This document shows, piece after piece, positions 21,487 through 31,025 of a stretch of 64,000 nt of DNA (position 1 is the first letter of the stretch; the number at the start of each line of letters is the position of its first letter). Below the pieces are notes generated by a model. It was not told the origin of the DNA. It was given only the letters and a program-made list of their open reading frames with translations, and did no database searches. This DNA is from an uncultured Gammaproteobacteria bacterium (lineage in GTDB: Bacteria; Patescibacteriota; Patescibacteriia; Magasanikbacterales; UBA922). A program made the position numbers and the translations under genes. The stretch is from NCBI GenBank assembly GCA_964418775.1, contig CAYQNA010000002.1, positions 22,181 through 86,180 of the forward strand. The letters are read 5' to 3'.

Positions 21487-23778
21487 CTATTCCATCACAC
21501 TTTTCATCCAACGATACGAGCGGCGCAAGCCAGTCTTAACATCAATTTGTGGTGTATAGGCTAATCGAGTTTTTATTTTTGTCAAATCTGGGCAGCGGCG
21601 ATTTGGTTCATCCTGAGGATAGTTATCAGGATACTGCACCAAATTTACCTCAACTGGACGGTCCAAAACTTCACGCGCCACCATGTCGCCCAAGGTCTTC
21701 ATGTTAATCTCATCATTGTCATTGCCAACGTTGAAGATTTCGCCATTTTGTTCGGACAATAGAACTTTGAAAAAACCCGTCATGGCATCGGTCACATAGC
21801 AGAATGTTCGCGTCTGATTACCCTTGTCATGAACAGTCAACGGCTTACCTTCGATACCCTGACTCAAAAAAGTCGGCACAACCCGGTAATCCTTGGCGCT
21901 CATACCCGGACCATACACATTAAACGGACGCACCGCTTTAACCGGTACATTATGAACTTGGAAATAGGCCATGGCCAATGTCTCACCCAGACGTTTAGAT
22001 TCGTCGTAGCATGAACGCGGCCCAATTGACGACACATTTCCTTTGTATGTTTCTGGTGTTGGAACGGCGTGAGGCGCCGGGTCACCATAAATTTCACTCG
22101 AACTAAAGAACAAAATACTTTTAACATTTTTGTCACGGGCCAACTCAAGGGCATTTTTGAGTCCAAAAATAGTCCCCTCAATTGTCTCAATTGGATACTT
22201 TTTATAATACACTGGCGAAGCCACCCCTGCGGCCGAGATAATATAGTCTAGCGGCTCATTAATCGTAATTGGGTTGCAAACATTGTGCTCGATAAAGGTA
22301 ACATGATCGCTAAAGATTTCTTTAAGCAGATTCTCCTTCTTGCCAACAATATGATTGTCGGCGGAAATTACCTTACATGGTGCGGACAAATATTTGCGAT
22401 TCAACAGGTCAATCGTAGCAATAAAATAACTGCCCAAAAAACCAGAACCACCTGTAATAAACACGGTTTTACCAGCTAATTGAGCAGCACTGTCCTTAAT
22501 ACCCTCAGCAATTATTTCTAAATCTTCCTCGACAATGCTGTTAACTACTTGAGCAAACGGCACTGGCACAATAAATCGCGCAAATGGTGCACAGCGCTTC
22601 ATAATTGACTCGGCAAAGTTCCAAGCCAAAATCAAAATAAAGTCCGGAGGCACTTCTTGTAAGTGCTGTGAGGACATAACCGGAATGTGCGTGCCTGGCG
22701 CGTACAGGCCCTGTTTAAGAGGGCTGTCATCGACAATATAATCAACTGTTTCAGTACCAATCTCAAAATAATTAAGTAGTGTATTGCCCTTTGCTGGAGC
22801 ACCATAGGCAACAATACGCTTACCCTGAGATTTAAGGTCTTGAAGCAAGGCTTTAAGACGAAGCTTGTTTTCACTAATCTTAGCTTCAAACGCCAGCAAG
22901 GTGTCGATGGCGTGAATTTTCTTCACTTCTTCGTTGGCGATGAATTCGGCCACAGCTGGCGAAACCGCGTGGCGGCCACCTACTTTTTGCACAAACACCC
23001 GAATTGAACCGCCATGGGTATCGGTTTTTTCCACATCAAACACCTGCATACCCAAACGGGCAAACAATGTGCTGATTGTCTTAACCGTAAAGTAGGACAA
23101 GTGTTCGTGATAAATAGTGTCAAACAAATTTTTCTCAATCAAGTCAACCAGGTAGTACGCCTCGATCACAAACACGCCATCGTCGGCCAATAATGCCTTA
23201 ACCCCAGCAACAATATTGTCAAGGTCGTCAATGTGTGGAAAAACACTGGTCGCAGTCATTAGTGTTGCCTGGCCTTTGTCACGTTTAATTTCCTCGGCAA
23301 CTTCAGGACCAAAATAAGCTGGTTTAGTTTCAATTCCGCTGGCAGTGGCCATGGCGGCAATATTTGCAGCCGGGTCTACGCCCATCACACGAATGCCGTT
23401 TTCTTGGTACGGACGCAACAAAATCCCATCGTTACTACCAATATCAACCACCAAGGAATTAGCATTCAAACCGAAACGAGTGGTCATTTGTGCGGCAAAT
23501 TCCTGAAAATGGGCCACAAACACTGGCGAAGTTGACGAAACATACACATAGTTGGCAAACAACAAATCCGGCGACACCACGTGCGCCAACTGCACAAACG
23601 AACAATCTTCACAGAAAACTAATTCAAGTGGAAACCAAGGCTCAGGCTGGTCTAGCTGTTCTTTTTTCAAAAAAGAGTTAGCTGGTGGAGTTTTTCCCAA
23701 TGACAAAACTTTTTTTAAACGTGCGCTTTTGCAAACACGACAATTAGTACTTTCTGTAACCAAATTTTCAGACTGCAT
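21487..23778 (-). CDS. Fusion of NDP-sugar C-methyltransferase and UDP-GlcA-decarboxylase-like SDR
   Basis: CRVC...CEDC Zn site, DIGSNDG, FDTIYHEH, YGAPAKGNTLLNY, ILAWNF; then ITGGSGFLG, SSSEIYGDP, GPRSCYDESKR. Confidence 0.88.
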   Translation of the reverse strand: MQSENLVTESTNCRVCKSARLKKVLSLGKTPPANSFLKKEQLDQPEPWFPLELVFCEDCSFVQLAHVVSPDLLFANYVYVSSTSPVFVAHFQEFAAQMTTRFGLNANSLVVDIGSNDGILLRPYQENGIRVMGVDPAANIAAMATASGIETKPAYFGPEVAEEIKRDKGQATLMTATSVFPHIDDLDNIVAGVKALLADDGVFVIEAYYLVDLIEKNLFDTIYHEHLSYFTVKTISTLFARLGMQVFDVEKTDTHGGSIRVFVQKVGGRHAVSPAVAEFIANEEVKKIHAIDTLLAFEAKISENKLRLKALLQDLKSQGKRIVAYGAPAKGNTLLNYFEIGTETVDYIVDDSPLKQGLYAPGTHIPVMSSQHLQEVPPDFILILAWNFAESIMKRCAPFARFIVPVPFAQVVNSIVEEDLEIIAEGIKDSAAQLAGKTVFITGGSGFLGSYFIATIDLLNRKYLSAPCKVISADNHIVGKKENLLKEIFSDHVTFIEHNVCNPITINEPLDYIISAAGVASPVYYKKYPIETIEGTIFGLKNALELARDKNVKSILFFSSSEIYGDPAPHAVPTPETYKGNVSSIGPRSCYDESKRLGETLAMAYFQVHNVPVKAVRPFNVYGPGMSAKDYRVVPTFLSQGIEGKPLTVHDKGNQTRTFCYVTDAMTGFFKVLLSEQNGEIFNVGNDNDEINMKTLGDMVAREVLDRPVEVNLVQYPDNYPQDEPNRRCPDLTKIKTRLAYTPQIDVKTGLRRSYRWMKSVME

Positions 23779-23780
23779 AT

Positions 23781-24176
23781 CTAGACCAACTTAACACGGA
23801 CCGTGTCCTGTTCGTAATTTTCTTGGCTACGAGATTTAAGCGCCAACACTACCCAGGTTGTGTCCTCGATAAAACGCATGGCGTGAGCTACCATTGGAGG
23901 AGAAAAAACCAAATCGCCCGCAACTAACTCGACACGAGTTTCACGCGACAAGTCAGGCTGACCATCCACAAGTGGTGCCTCCACATATTCCATCTTACCC
24001 GAAACCATGTACACATGATGTCCGTCTTCTTTGTGGTAATGATTAGCTCTCACGCTGCCGGCTTTAGAGGTAATCATGAGCACACTTTTAATTATCGTCT
24101 CACCATCATCAAGAATTTTGGTAATACTACCGCGTTCATCAGTAAATTCAGGCGTAATGTTTCGAGTGATCTGCAT
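23781..24176 (-). CDS. Cupin-fold sugar epimerase/isomerase-like protein
   Basis: DERG, RANHYH, AHAM cupin motifs. Confidence 0.75.
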   Translation of the reverse strand: MQITRNITPEFTDERGSITKILDDGETIIKSVLMITSKAGSVRANHYHKEDGHHVYMVSGKMEYVEAPLVDGQPDLSRETRVELVAGDLVFSPPMVAHAMRFIEDTTWVVLALKSRSQENYEQDTVRVKLV

Positions 24177-24210
24177 ACTATTTAATAATTTAGGACTTTA
24201 AATCTCTGGT

Positions 24211-24239
24211 ATTATGGTATAGAGAACGCAAAAAGTCAA
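24211..24239 (-). promoter_or_regulatory. Internal promoter for the 24176-20501 sub-operon
   Basis: Minus strand TTGACT, 17 bp, CATAAT in an AT-rich gap. Confidence 0.55.
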
Positions 24240-24246
24240 TACGACT

Positions 24247-25068
24247 TTATGCTCTATATTTTCGCTTAATCTGGCCTATTTTCAAGCACAAATACACATA
24301 GTAAACATACTGCTGAGCGCCCACTTGCCAGCCATAAGGGGAACGCCAGAGATCATTTTTAAGCTGACCCAAGAATGTCTTAATCGGTAACCATATAAGG
24401 TTCAGCCACCAATAGCTGCGAATACGGGCTGCTTTTGCTAGCCACTTTTCTGGTGAAGTATTAAAGGTGTCAATTTCATTCGAGGCCCTAAAAAAAGCGG
24501 CGGCGTGCAAAGGAGCCCAGCGTTTCATTTTGTGCAAAAATGAACTCCAGGCCAGATTATTGTACGCTGGCCGATGATGCAAAGTCACGTCCGTTCTTCG
24601 CACCTCACCCTTAACTACTTGTACTGGCTCATGAAGGACACCAACATACGCAATTGAGTCACGACGAAACAAAGCAAGCTTCTCTAGCCCAGTAAACGTA
24701 ATTACTTTTTTACCATCCCACATTTCCCAAAGCAGTACATAGCCACCAACAGCTGGCTCAGTAATCAATTGTTGAATCTTCTGCGCTCCAGGCTCGTCAA
24801 TAAATTCGTCTGCATCAATCATTAAAATCCACTCACTTGTGGCTTCGCGAAAAATGAAGGCCCGGTGATACTCGCAGGCTCCGCCGTGCGGCCTAACAAT
24901 TACTCGACTCGTGTAGCGTTGAGCAATTTCCAGCGTCCTGTCGTTACACGGACCATCGTGAACAACAATAATTTCATCAACCCACTCTACAAGGCTTTTT
25001 AAGCACTGTTCTATGACTTTTTCTTCATTAAAAACAACTAAACAGGCAGAAATAGTAGGTGATTTCAT
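24247..25068 (-). CDS. GT2, beta-1,4-glucosyltransferase-like
   Basis: VFNEE, WILMIDADE, GVLHE. Confidence 0.85.
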   Translation of the reverse strand: MKSPTISACLVVFNEEKVIEQCLKSLVEWVDEIIVVHDGPCNDRTLEIAQRYTSRVIVRPHGGACEYHRAFIFREATSEWILMIDADEFIDEPGAQKIQQLITEPAVGGYVLLWEMWDGKKVITFTGLEKLALFRRDSIAYVGVLHEPVQVVKGEVRRTDVTLHHRPAYNNLAWSSFLHKMKRWAPLHAAAFFRASNEIDTFNTSPEKWLAKAARIRSYWWLNLIWLPIKTFLGQLKNDLWRSPYGWQVGAQQYVYYVYLCLKIGQIKRKYRA

Positions 25069-26627
25069 AACAGCAACATATACACTCTAAAACTTTTTGA
25101 CGCGCCTGGCGCAACCTCAACCGCACCCGGGATATTGACTTCTTCATCACAACCAACAAAATAATACGCCACTCGCTGAGCGCGAAGCGCAGCCAAAACA
25201 CCTTCTGGGTTTGCTTGCGGGTCAACCATACCATAATACTGATTGCCCGTATAATACGCTACCGATAAAACTGCCTGATTAATTGATGGGCAATAATTAC
25301 TCGCAAACGCACCTTGTACACCAACCTTTTTTAATTCCTCCGCAGCTAAATACACGTCACGGCCTGTGTAGCGACTTTCCCACGCTAATTTAGACGGTGC
25401 AGCCACAAACGAACCAAGCACAACGACCATTAAACACCATTCAGCCCAGCGCTTAAACAAGCCGGCACGTTGTAGCAAAACCAACACAACACCAGCCATT
25501 AGCAATGTCAACAACCAATTAAACCACAGGTACCGCTGCTCAACAAAAAGCAATGCATACCCCGCATTATAAATACTGAGCGCAGCAAAAATCACGACCA
25601 CACTCTGACCCTGGCGAGCACTTGCAAATCGACTAAATGGTGCCAAAATATAGAGTAATAAAATCGCAAATGCAAAAATCGAAAACCGTCTGTAAATTAA
25701 GAATGAGCTATAAATACTCTGTTTGATTAGGCCCAGTTGATGTAGTGCATGCGCCCGCGAAGCAAACGGACTCCATGCTGGCAACGATAGCCCGCTTGGG
25801 TCTTCCCATACACTCACGGCACTTTGGTCAGCGGGGGCAATTAAACGGTGATAAAAAACATGCCCGGTGGCTAGGCCTGGTGACTGCGGACCAACCAAGG
25901 CCTGATTATAAGCGCCCGATGTTCCCAGTGTAAAAAAATCATACTTTATATACAGCACACCGCTCCACACGGCAATTCCCATAGCCATGATCCCCAAACT
26001 CATTGCAGCAGCGATTAGCACCGGCTTTTTAACTGGTTCTCGGTACAAAGAAAGCCCCATTATCACTGCGCCATGAACCAACAAAAAAGGCAGAGAAAAA
26101 CTTTTAGCCAAACAGGCCACAACCATTGTCAAACCTAAATAAACAGCGTACACCCTTTTTTTTGTGGCCAAAAAACGCAAAGCAAAATACAAGTAATACA
26201 GCAAAGGCACAAGTACCAACAAGTCGGGGCCTGGTTCGGCGACGGCAAAATAAAGAGCTAACAAAGCCGCAGCTGCCACGGTTAAGGTATGTATATATCC
26301 CCTGACCTCGAGCTCAAAAGCCAGTCGACGCACTGCATCGATCACAAACAAACCAACGACCAAAGAAACGATTTTGCTTGCCAACACTGCGTTTTCAATA
26401 AGCAACAACACTGGCGCCAGAAGCCACGAAAATAAGGGCGGCCAATACGCATTAATTGCCCGGTACCAATCCCCTTGCATATACCGCTCGGCAATCGCAA
26501 TGTACGAAATCCCGTCTGTCTGCAAATGATATGTGTAAGCCGGGATTAACCAGGCTCCCAAAATTAAGTAGACAACGCCAATACTCAACCACGGATGAGA
26601 CTTGAGTTTAGCGAAGAGATGCTTCAT
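25065..26627 (-). CDS. Multi-TM GT-C-like membrane glycosyltransferase
   Basis: TDGISYIAIA, NAYWPPLFS, EQRY; roughly 12 hydrophobic segments. Confidence 0.65.
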   Translation of the reverse strand: MKHLFAKLKSHPWLSIGVVYLILGAWLIPAYTYHLQTDGISYIAIAERYMQGDWYRAINAYWPPLFSWLLAPVLLLIENAVLASKIVSLVVGLFVIDAVRRLAFELEVRGYIHTLTVAAAALLALYFAVAEPGPDLLVLVPLLYYLYFALRFLATKKRVYAVYLGLTMVVACLAKSFSLPFLLVHGAVIMGLSLYREPVKKPVLIAAAMSLGIMAMGIAVWSGVLYIKYDFFTLGTSGAYNQALVGPQSPGLATGHVFYHRLIAPADQSAVSVWEDPSGLSLPAWSPFASRAHALHQLGLIKQSIYSSFLIYRRFSIFAFAILLLYILAPFSRFASARQGQSVVVIFAALSIYNAGYALLFVEQRYLWFNWLLTLLMAGVVLVLLQRAGLFKRWAEWCLMVVVLGSFVAAPSKLAWESRYTGRDVYLAAEELKKVGVQGAFASNYCPSINQAVLSVAYYTGNQYYGMVDPQANPEGVLAALRAQRVAYYFVGCDEEVNIPGAVEVAPGASKSFRVYMLLL

Positions 26628-26631
26628 ACAA

Positions 26632-27558
26632 TTATTTAAGGCGTTTAATTGTCTGCACCATATATGGTGGGCGCTCTTTTACTTCCAGTAGTATAATCGC
26701 CAAATACTTACCAATCAAGCCAAGCACAAAGAAAACACCCGAAAAACTTACGGACAAAAATAGCATCAGCGTTGTCCAGCCACTAATGACTGACTGGAAC
26801 GTGAGCCAAACAACGGCCGCATATACGCCGATGAGTAATGAGATTCCCAAAAAAACCAAAGACACAATGATTGATAGATTTGGCCCAAGATTAGAAAAAG
26901 TCAGTAAAATCTCTACGGCGAGTGAAATTTTTTCAGCCAAGCTATGTGACGCTAAACGGGGCTGAGTGGCTGCATAGCTAATCGTAGCGTATGGATATCC
27001 AGCGTACCGGTATAACACTTTACCATAACGAATTTTTTCTTTTGAACGTGATACCGAATTATACAAACGTCTGGTAATGACACGGAATGACTCGGTTTTC
27101 AAATCCAAACTCAATGGCGAAAAACGCTTAAACATGGCGTAAAACCAACGAGAAGCGCGTTGGGACTGCGTTGGTGTAGCACTAACCATATCATAGCCAG
27201 ACACCAATTGTTTGTAGGCCTGGTGAATTACTTCGAGCGGATAATCAATCACCGGGCTCTCGAACTCAAAAATAAAATCACCGACAGCCAAGTCTGCGCC
27301 AGCTAGTAGCCCCAGGCCTTCACGGTGATGCCAGGACATCGAAATTAAAGTTACAGGCCCCTGCAGTTCTGGGGCAATTGCGGCGACTTCGGCCGCAGTA
27401 GCATCGCGACTAGCGTCATCAACGACAATAATTTCGTACGACTCAAACGTACCCGCAAAAACCCGATCAATCTTGAGTAAAGAGTCGGCCACAACCTGCG
27501 CTGCATTATGCGCATAGACCACCACCGAAATGTACGCTTTTTCTTTAAGAGTTTGCAT
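26632..27558 (-). CDS. ArnC/GtrB-like GT2 with two C-terminal TMs, degenerate active site
   Basis: VVDDASRD, SGWTTL, GKYL...KERPPY; expected DxD region reads FEFESP. Confidence 0.75.
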   Translation of the reverse strand: MQTLKEKAYISVVVYAHNAAQVVADSLLKIDRVFAGTFESYEIIVVDDASRDATAAEVAAIAPELQGPVTLISMSWHHREGLGLLAGADLAVGDFIFEFESPVIDYPLEVIHQAYKQLVSGYDMVSATPTQSQRASRWFYAMFKRFSPLSLDLKTESFRVITRRLYNSVSRSKEKIRYGKVLYRYAGYPYATISYAATQPRLASHSLAEKISLAVEILLTFSNLGPNLSIIVSLVFLGISLLIGVYAAVVWLTFQSVISGWTTLMLFLSVSFSGVFFVLGLIGKYLAIILLEVKERPPYMVQTIKRLK

Positions 27559-27561
27559 AGG

Positions 27562-28686
27562 CTAGGGTAAAAATTCATCCAGGTCGTAAATCGTATTAAT
27601 TTTACCTGATAAGACCGAAATAAAAGTTGGTTTGTCCGAAAACACCTTAACCACGGTTGGACGCGAATCATCAGCTTCGGATGCAGCTAAAATTGGTTTA
27701 ACCGCAAATAAAGAACTTTTGTATTCTAACGTAATATCTGGATGCAAGTATGTTTTAGCCATTTGACGCATATGGTTCCAAGCCGTCTGCGGCCGTGCCG
27801 GACAATGATTACAATTATCCAGTTGTTCCGGTGTGCAATTTGGATTAAACTTTTGACAAGCAAACACAGGCAAGGATTCATGCGAAGTGCTGTGCGGCGT
27901 ATGCATGACCGAAGTTAGTGTATGATCCCCACTTTGACCAAATGGCATTAGGGAGAAAAAAGGGCCATCCATTACAGTTAAACCGACCTGGCGAATTTTT
28001 TCCGACACCGTACAGGTAATCACTTCGGCAATTTCATACTTGATGTTAAACATCCCAAACCCAAATTTAGTAATTACCTGGTTCACACTGGCATACGTAG
28101 CATTTAGCACAAAAGGGGCACTATACATGGCCCCTGACTCATCGGCAATGCAGTAATTATCTCCCACCGCCTCTGCGCTTGCCAGTCTAAAGTTATAGAC
28201 AATATCAAGCCGATCAGTGACTGCTGCCAACAAAAAATTTTTAATTTTATCCGCATCAAACCCATATTCAACAGTCTCAAATGCACTATCGACTAATGTT
28301 GTTTCAAAAAAATCTCCCGCGCTGATAAGACGACAAGGCACTTGAGCACGCTCACAGAATTTAACAAATTGTTCGGCAGTGGTAAGCGAATGTCGCGCAG
28401 ACACAGCGTAAATTTGCTGAAATTCATTATTAATCGCAAATCCAAAATCAGCCACAAAACGATTAAAATAATGAATGGATTTAATCGCTGTTGCAAAGCT
28501 ACGGGGGTAGTGATATCCGTTGTGCACTCGTGCCTGATTAATGTAGCTGGACCGTTGAAATGGCTTTTGGTCATATTCCAAAATCGCCACTCGGGCCTGG
28601 GGGTGACGCTTTAGAAGGGTTTTGGCCGCATATAGTCCATATATACCAGCCCCAATAATTAGGTAGTCGTATGCCCGCGTAGCCAT
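27562..28686 (-). CDS. FAD-dependent oxidoreductase
   Basis: IIGAGIYG, NQARVHNGYHYPRS, SGKINTI; likely start MATRAYD. Confidence 0.85.
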   Translation of the reverse strand: MATRAYDYLIIGAGIYGLYAAKTLLKRHPQARVAILEYDQKPFQRSSYINQARVHNGYHYPRSFATAIKSIHYFNRFVADFGFAINNEFQQIYAVSARHSLTTAEQFVKFCERAQVPCRLISAGDFFETTLVDSAFETVEYGFDADKIKNFLLAAVTDRLDIVYNFRLASAEAVGDNYCIADESGAMYSAPFVLNATYASVNQVITKFGFGMFNIKYEIAEVITCTVSEKIRQVGLTVMDGPFFSLMPFGQSGDHTLTSVMHTPHSTSHESLPVFACQKFNPNCTPEQLDNCNHCPARPQTAWNHMRQMAKTYLHPDITLEYKSSLFAVKPILAASEADDSRPTVVKVFSDKPTFISVLSGKINTIYDLDEFLP

Positions 28687-28687
28687 A

Positions 28688-29485
28688 TCAAGGGTTATAA
28701 ACACCACGGGACAACCTTACCAGAATCTTTAAAATTTTCCAATTTCCCGAGAAAAATTTAATTTTAGTTGGGGTCTTGCCGACCGGTGGGTAAGCCCGAC
28801 ACACAGGCACTTCGGTGGTTCGGAAACCAAGTCGAGGCGCAGCCACAGACAAATAAAACAACAGCTCATATGTTTCAAATACAGACCGGAATGGACGAAC
28901 CCGCGCGTCAAGTAAAAAACGCCGTGAATAGGCTCTGAAACCGTTGGTCGTGTCAGTGTAATGAAACCCAGCCAAGTGTGAAATAAATGGCGCATGCACC
29001 AGACGAATTGCGTATTTGCGATATGGCGGTGTGTTTATTTCCTGACCTCCAGGAATAAATCGCGACCCTTGCACCAAATCAAAACCAGCTTCAAGTGCTT
29101 GCATAAAAGCACCAAAAGCAGCTGGGTCATCTTTATCATTGCCATCAATCGTAATAATACCTTCGTACCCTTCGCTCACAGCAAACGCATAACCCATGCG
29201 CAGTTGCGCACTAAGTTTACCAGGACCTGTCTTAGTTAACAGTGTACGAACCCCGCTATTTTTCAATAACTCAGCTGAGAGCGAACCATCAGTACTGCCA
29301 CCATCGCAGATAATAATGTCGCACTGTTCAGCCCATGGCTTCATCTTGACCAACTGACGCTGAATACGTTCACCCTCATTAATTACCGGCACACACACGC
29401 AATACCGGTTACGACGCGGGGCAAAAGTCTGGACCGTAAAAGTAGGAACCTCCCAATCAGACGGAAAAACGGGCATATTATCCAT
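28688..29485 (-). CDS. GT2, polyprenol-phosphate sugar synthase-like (no TM)
   Basis: PVINEG, CDGGSTDG, IDGNDKD, GSRF, DTTNGFRAY; start uncertain. Confidence 0.85.
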   Translation of the reverse strand: MDNMPVFPSDWEVPTFTVQTFAPRRNRYCVCVPVINEGERIQRQLVKMKPWAEQCDIIICDGGSTDGSLSAELLKNSGVRTLLTKTGPGKLSAQLRMGYAFAVSEGYEGIITIDGNDKDDPAAFGAFMQALEAGFDLVQGSRFIPGGQEINTPPYRKYAIRLVHAPFISHLAGFHYTDTTNGFRAYSRRFLLDARVRPFRSVFETYELLFYLSVAAPRLGFRTTEVPVCRAYPPVGKTPTKIKFFSGNWKILKILVRLSRGVYNP

Positions 29486-30260
29486 ATATTGATTGTACAA
29501 AGTCAAGAGCGGTCAAAATCGTCGGTATATTTGAACCTGCATCGCCTTTTTTCATTTCAACCGAAACCCAACCAGAAAAATTATTTGCGCGCAAAACTTC
29601 GGCCACTGTCCGATGAACTACTTCGTATTGCGCATCTAATGGTGCGAGTAACGGCGCACTCACATGAACATGTTTTATCCACGGCAATGCAAGCGTCGTC
29701 GTTTGCACGGGATCTTCACCATTCATGATCAAAGACCCGACATCTAAGTGAGCAACAAAACCCGGGCTATTAACGAGTTTAGCAAGTGCAACAGCTTCGG
29801 CAGTGGTGTTTACAAAATCGGCTCCATATCCTACTGGATTAGGTTCGAGTGCAATCGCAATCCCCTTTTTCGCAGCATAATAACCTAGGGTGCGAAAAAA
29901 ATCGACCGCAATCCCCTCTGCAACTTCTGGTGGCAATCCATTCGTCAAACGATTTTTAGGAGAGCCAAAAATCGCCACGCTACCGCCTAGAGACTGCAAT
30001 AAATCGACTACTTTACATAGGTGCTCCAGCAGAGCAACCCGCGTCTCCTCGGAACCAAAGAGAACCAAATCAGATCGACCAAACAATAGTGCTTGAGCCG
30101 CGACTACTTGCAAATCATAGTCAGAAATTTTCTGGGCAAATTCCGGACCAACCAGTGACGGGGCCACTTCTAACCCAACAACCCCTCGTTCTTGCAGTAT
30201 TTTCCAGACCACTTCATTTTCGGCTGGTTCCCAGGCAATATTGGAAATTGCAATCTTCAT
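29478..30260 (-). CDS. Sugar-phosphate isomerase/epimerase (TIM barrel, AP endonuclease 2 family)
   Basis: MKIAISNIAW, FGSPKNR, LEPNP, HVHVS, SVEM. Confidence 0.85.
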   Translation of the reverse strand: MKIAISNIAWEPAENEVVWKILQERGVVGLEVAPSLVGPEFAQKISDYDLQVVAAQALLFGRSDLVLFGSEETRVALLEHLCKVVDLLQSLGGSVAIFGSPKNRLTNGLPPEVAEGIAVDFFRTLGYYAAKKGIAIALEPNPVGYGADFVNTTAEAVALAKLVNSPGFVAHLDVGSLIMNGEDPVQTTTLALPWIKHVHVSAPLLAPLDAQYEVVHRTVAEVLRANNFSGWVSVEMKKGDAGSNIPTILTALDFVQSIYG

Positions 30261-31024
30261 ATGGACCTAACATCTTTTACAAATTCAGAAATTTCACGCA
30301 AGACTGTAGCCCGATCATACAAATATTCACCACGTCCACCAAATAAGTCTGCATATTGGCTAAGCATATTGTAATGCGCAGAAGGTGCCGTGCTTTTGTT
30401 ATCAAGAGTGATACCAAAACATTCCCGAGCCAAGTCTTTGGTTAAAATTGGTTCGGTCGCCAAGTTAATTGTCGTTAACTCATGTCGCGCCGCAGTCTGA
30501 ATGTCGGACCACAAATGTGTCAAATTATAATATTGGTAGACGCTCTGTTCGTTGATTACGTCAATTTGATTGTTATGCAACAAATCAAAAATTACATTCT
30601 TTTTCAGCCCCGGTCCAAATAAACCTGGCAAACGCACAATTATAGTTCGCGGGAAATGAGTCCGCTCAAACTCCTCAAGTTTAAACCGATGGCGTCCATA
30701 GGCATGATTTTGTTCAGGATCAATAGGCGTATCTTCATTCACACCAAAGGGCTGCGGGTACACATCCACTGTTGAAATCTGAATAAACAGTTTAGCTGTA
30801 CACGTAGATAAGCAGCCAATCAAATTAGACACCATATTCCAATCTTGCTCCGGTTCTTGATTTGCACGCCATTTTACGGCAGAAGGCGCAGCACAAACCA
30901 AAACATCAAAGTTCTGACCACGTAACGTATCACTATTTTGCGAATTAAAATACTGATCAAAGGCAAACTGCCTTGCCAAATTACTGCCAACAAAACCAGT
31001 GTTTCCAATAAGCGCAGAAGACAT
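30257..31024 (-). CDS. NAD-dependent epimerase/dehydratase
   Basis: LIGNTGFVGSNL, ISTVDVY, YGRHR, RLPGLFG; likely start MSSALIG. Confidence 0.82.
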   Translation of the reverse strand: MSSALIGNTGFVGSNLARQFAFDQYFNSQNSDTLRGQNFDVLVCAAPSAVKWRANQEPEQDWNMVSNLIGCLSTCTAKLFIQISTVDVYPQPFGVNEDTPIDPEQNHAYGRHRFKLEEFERTHFPRTIIVRLPGLFGPGLKKNVIFDLLHNNQIDVINEQSVYQYYNLTHLWSDIQTAARHELTTINLATEPILTKDLARECFGITLDNKSTAPSAHYNMLSQYADLFGGRGEYLYDRATVLREISEFVKDVRSI

Positions 31025-31025
31025 A

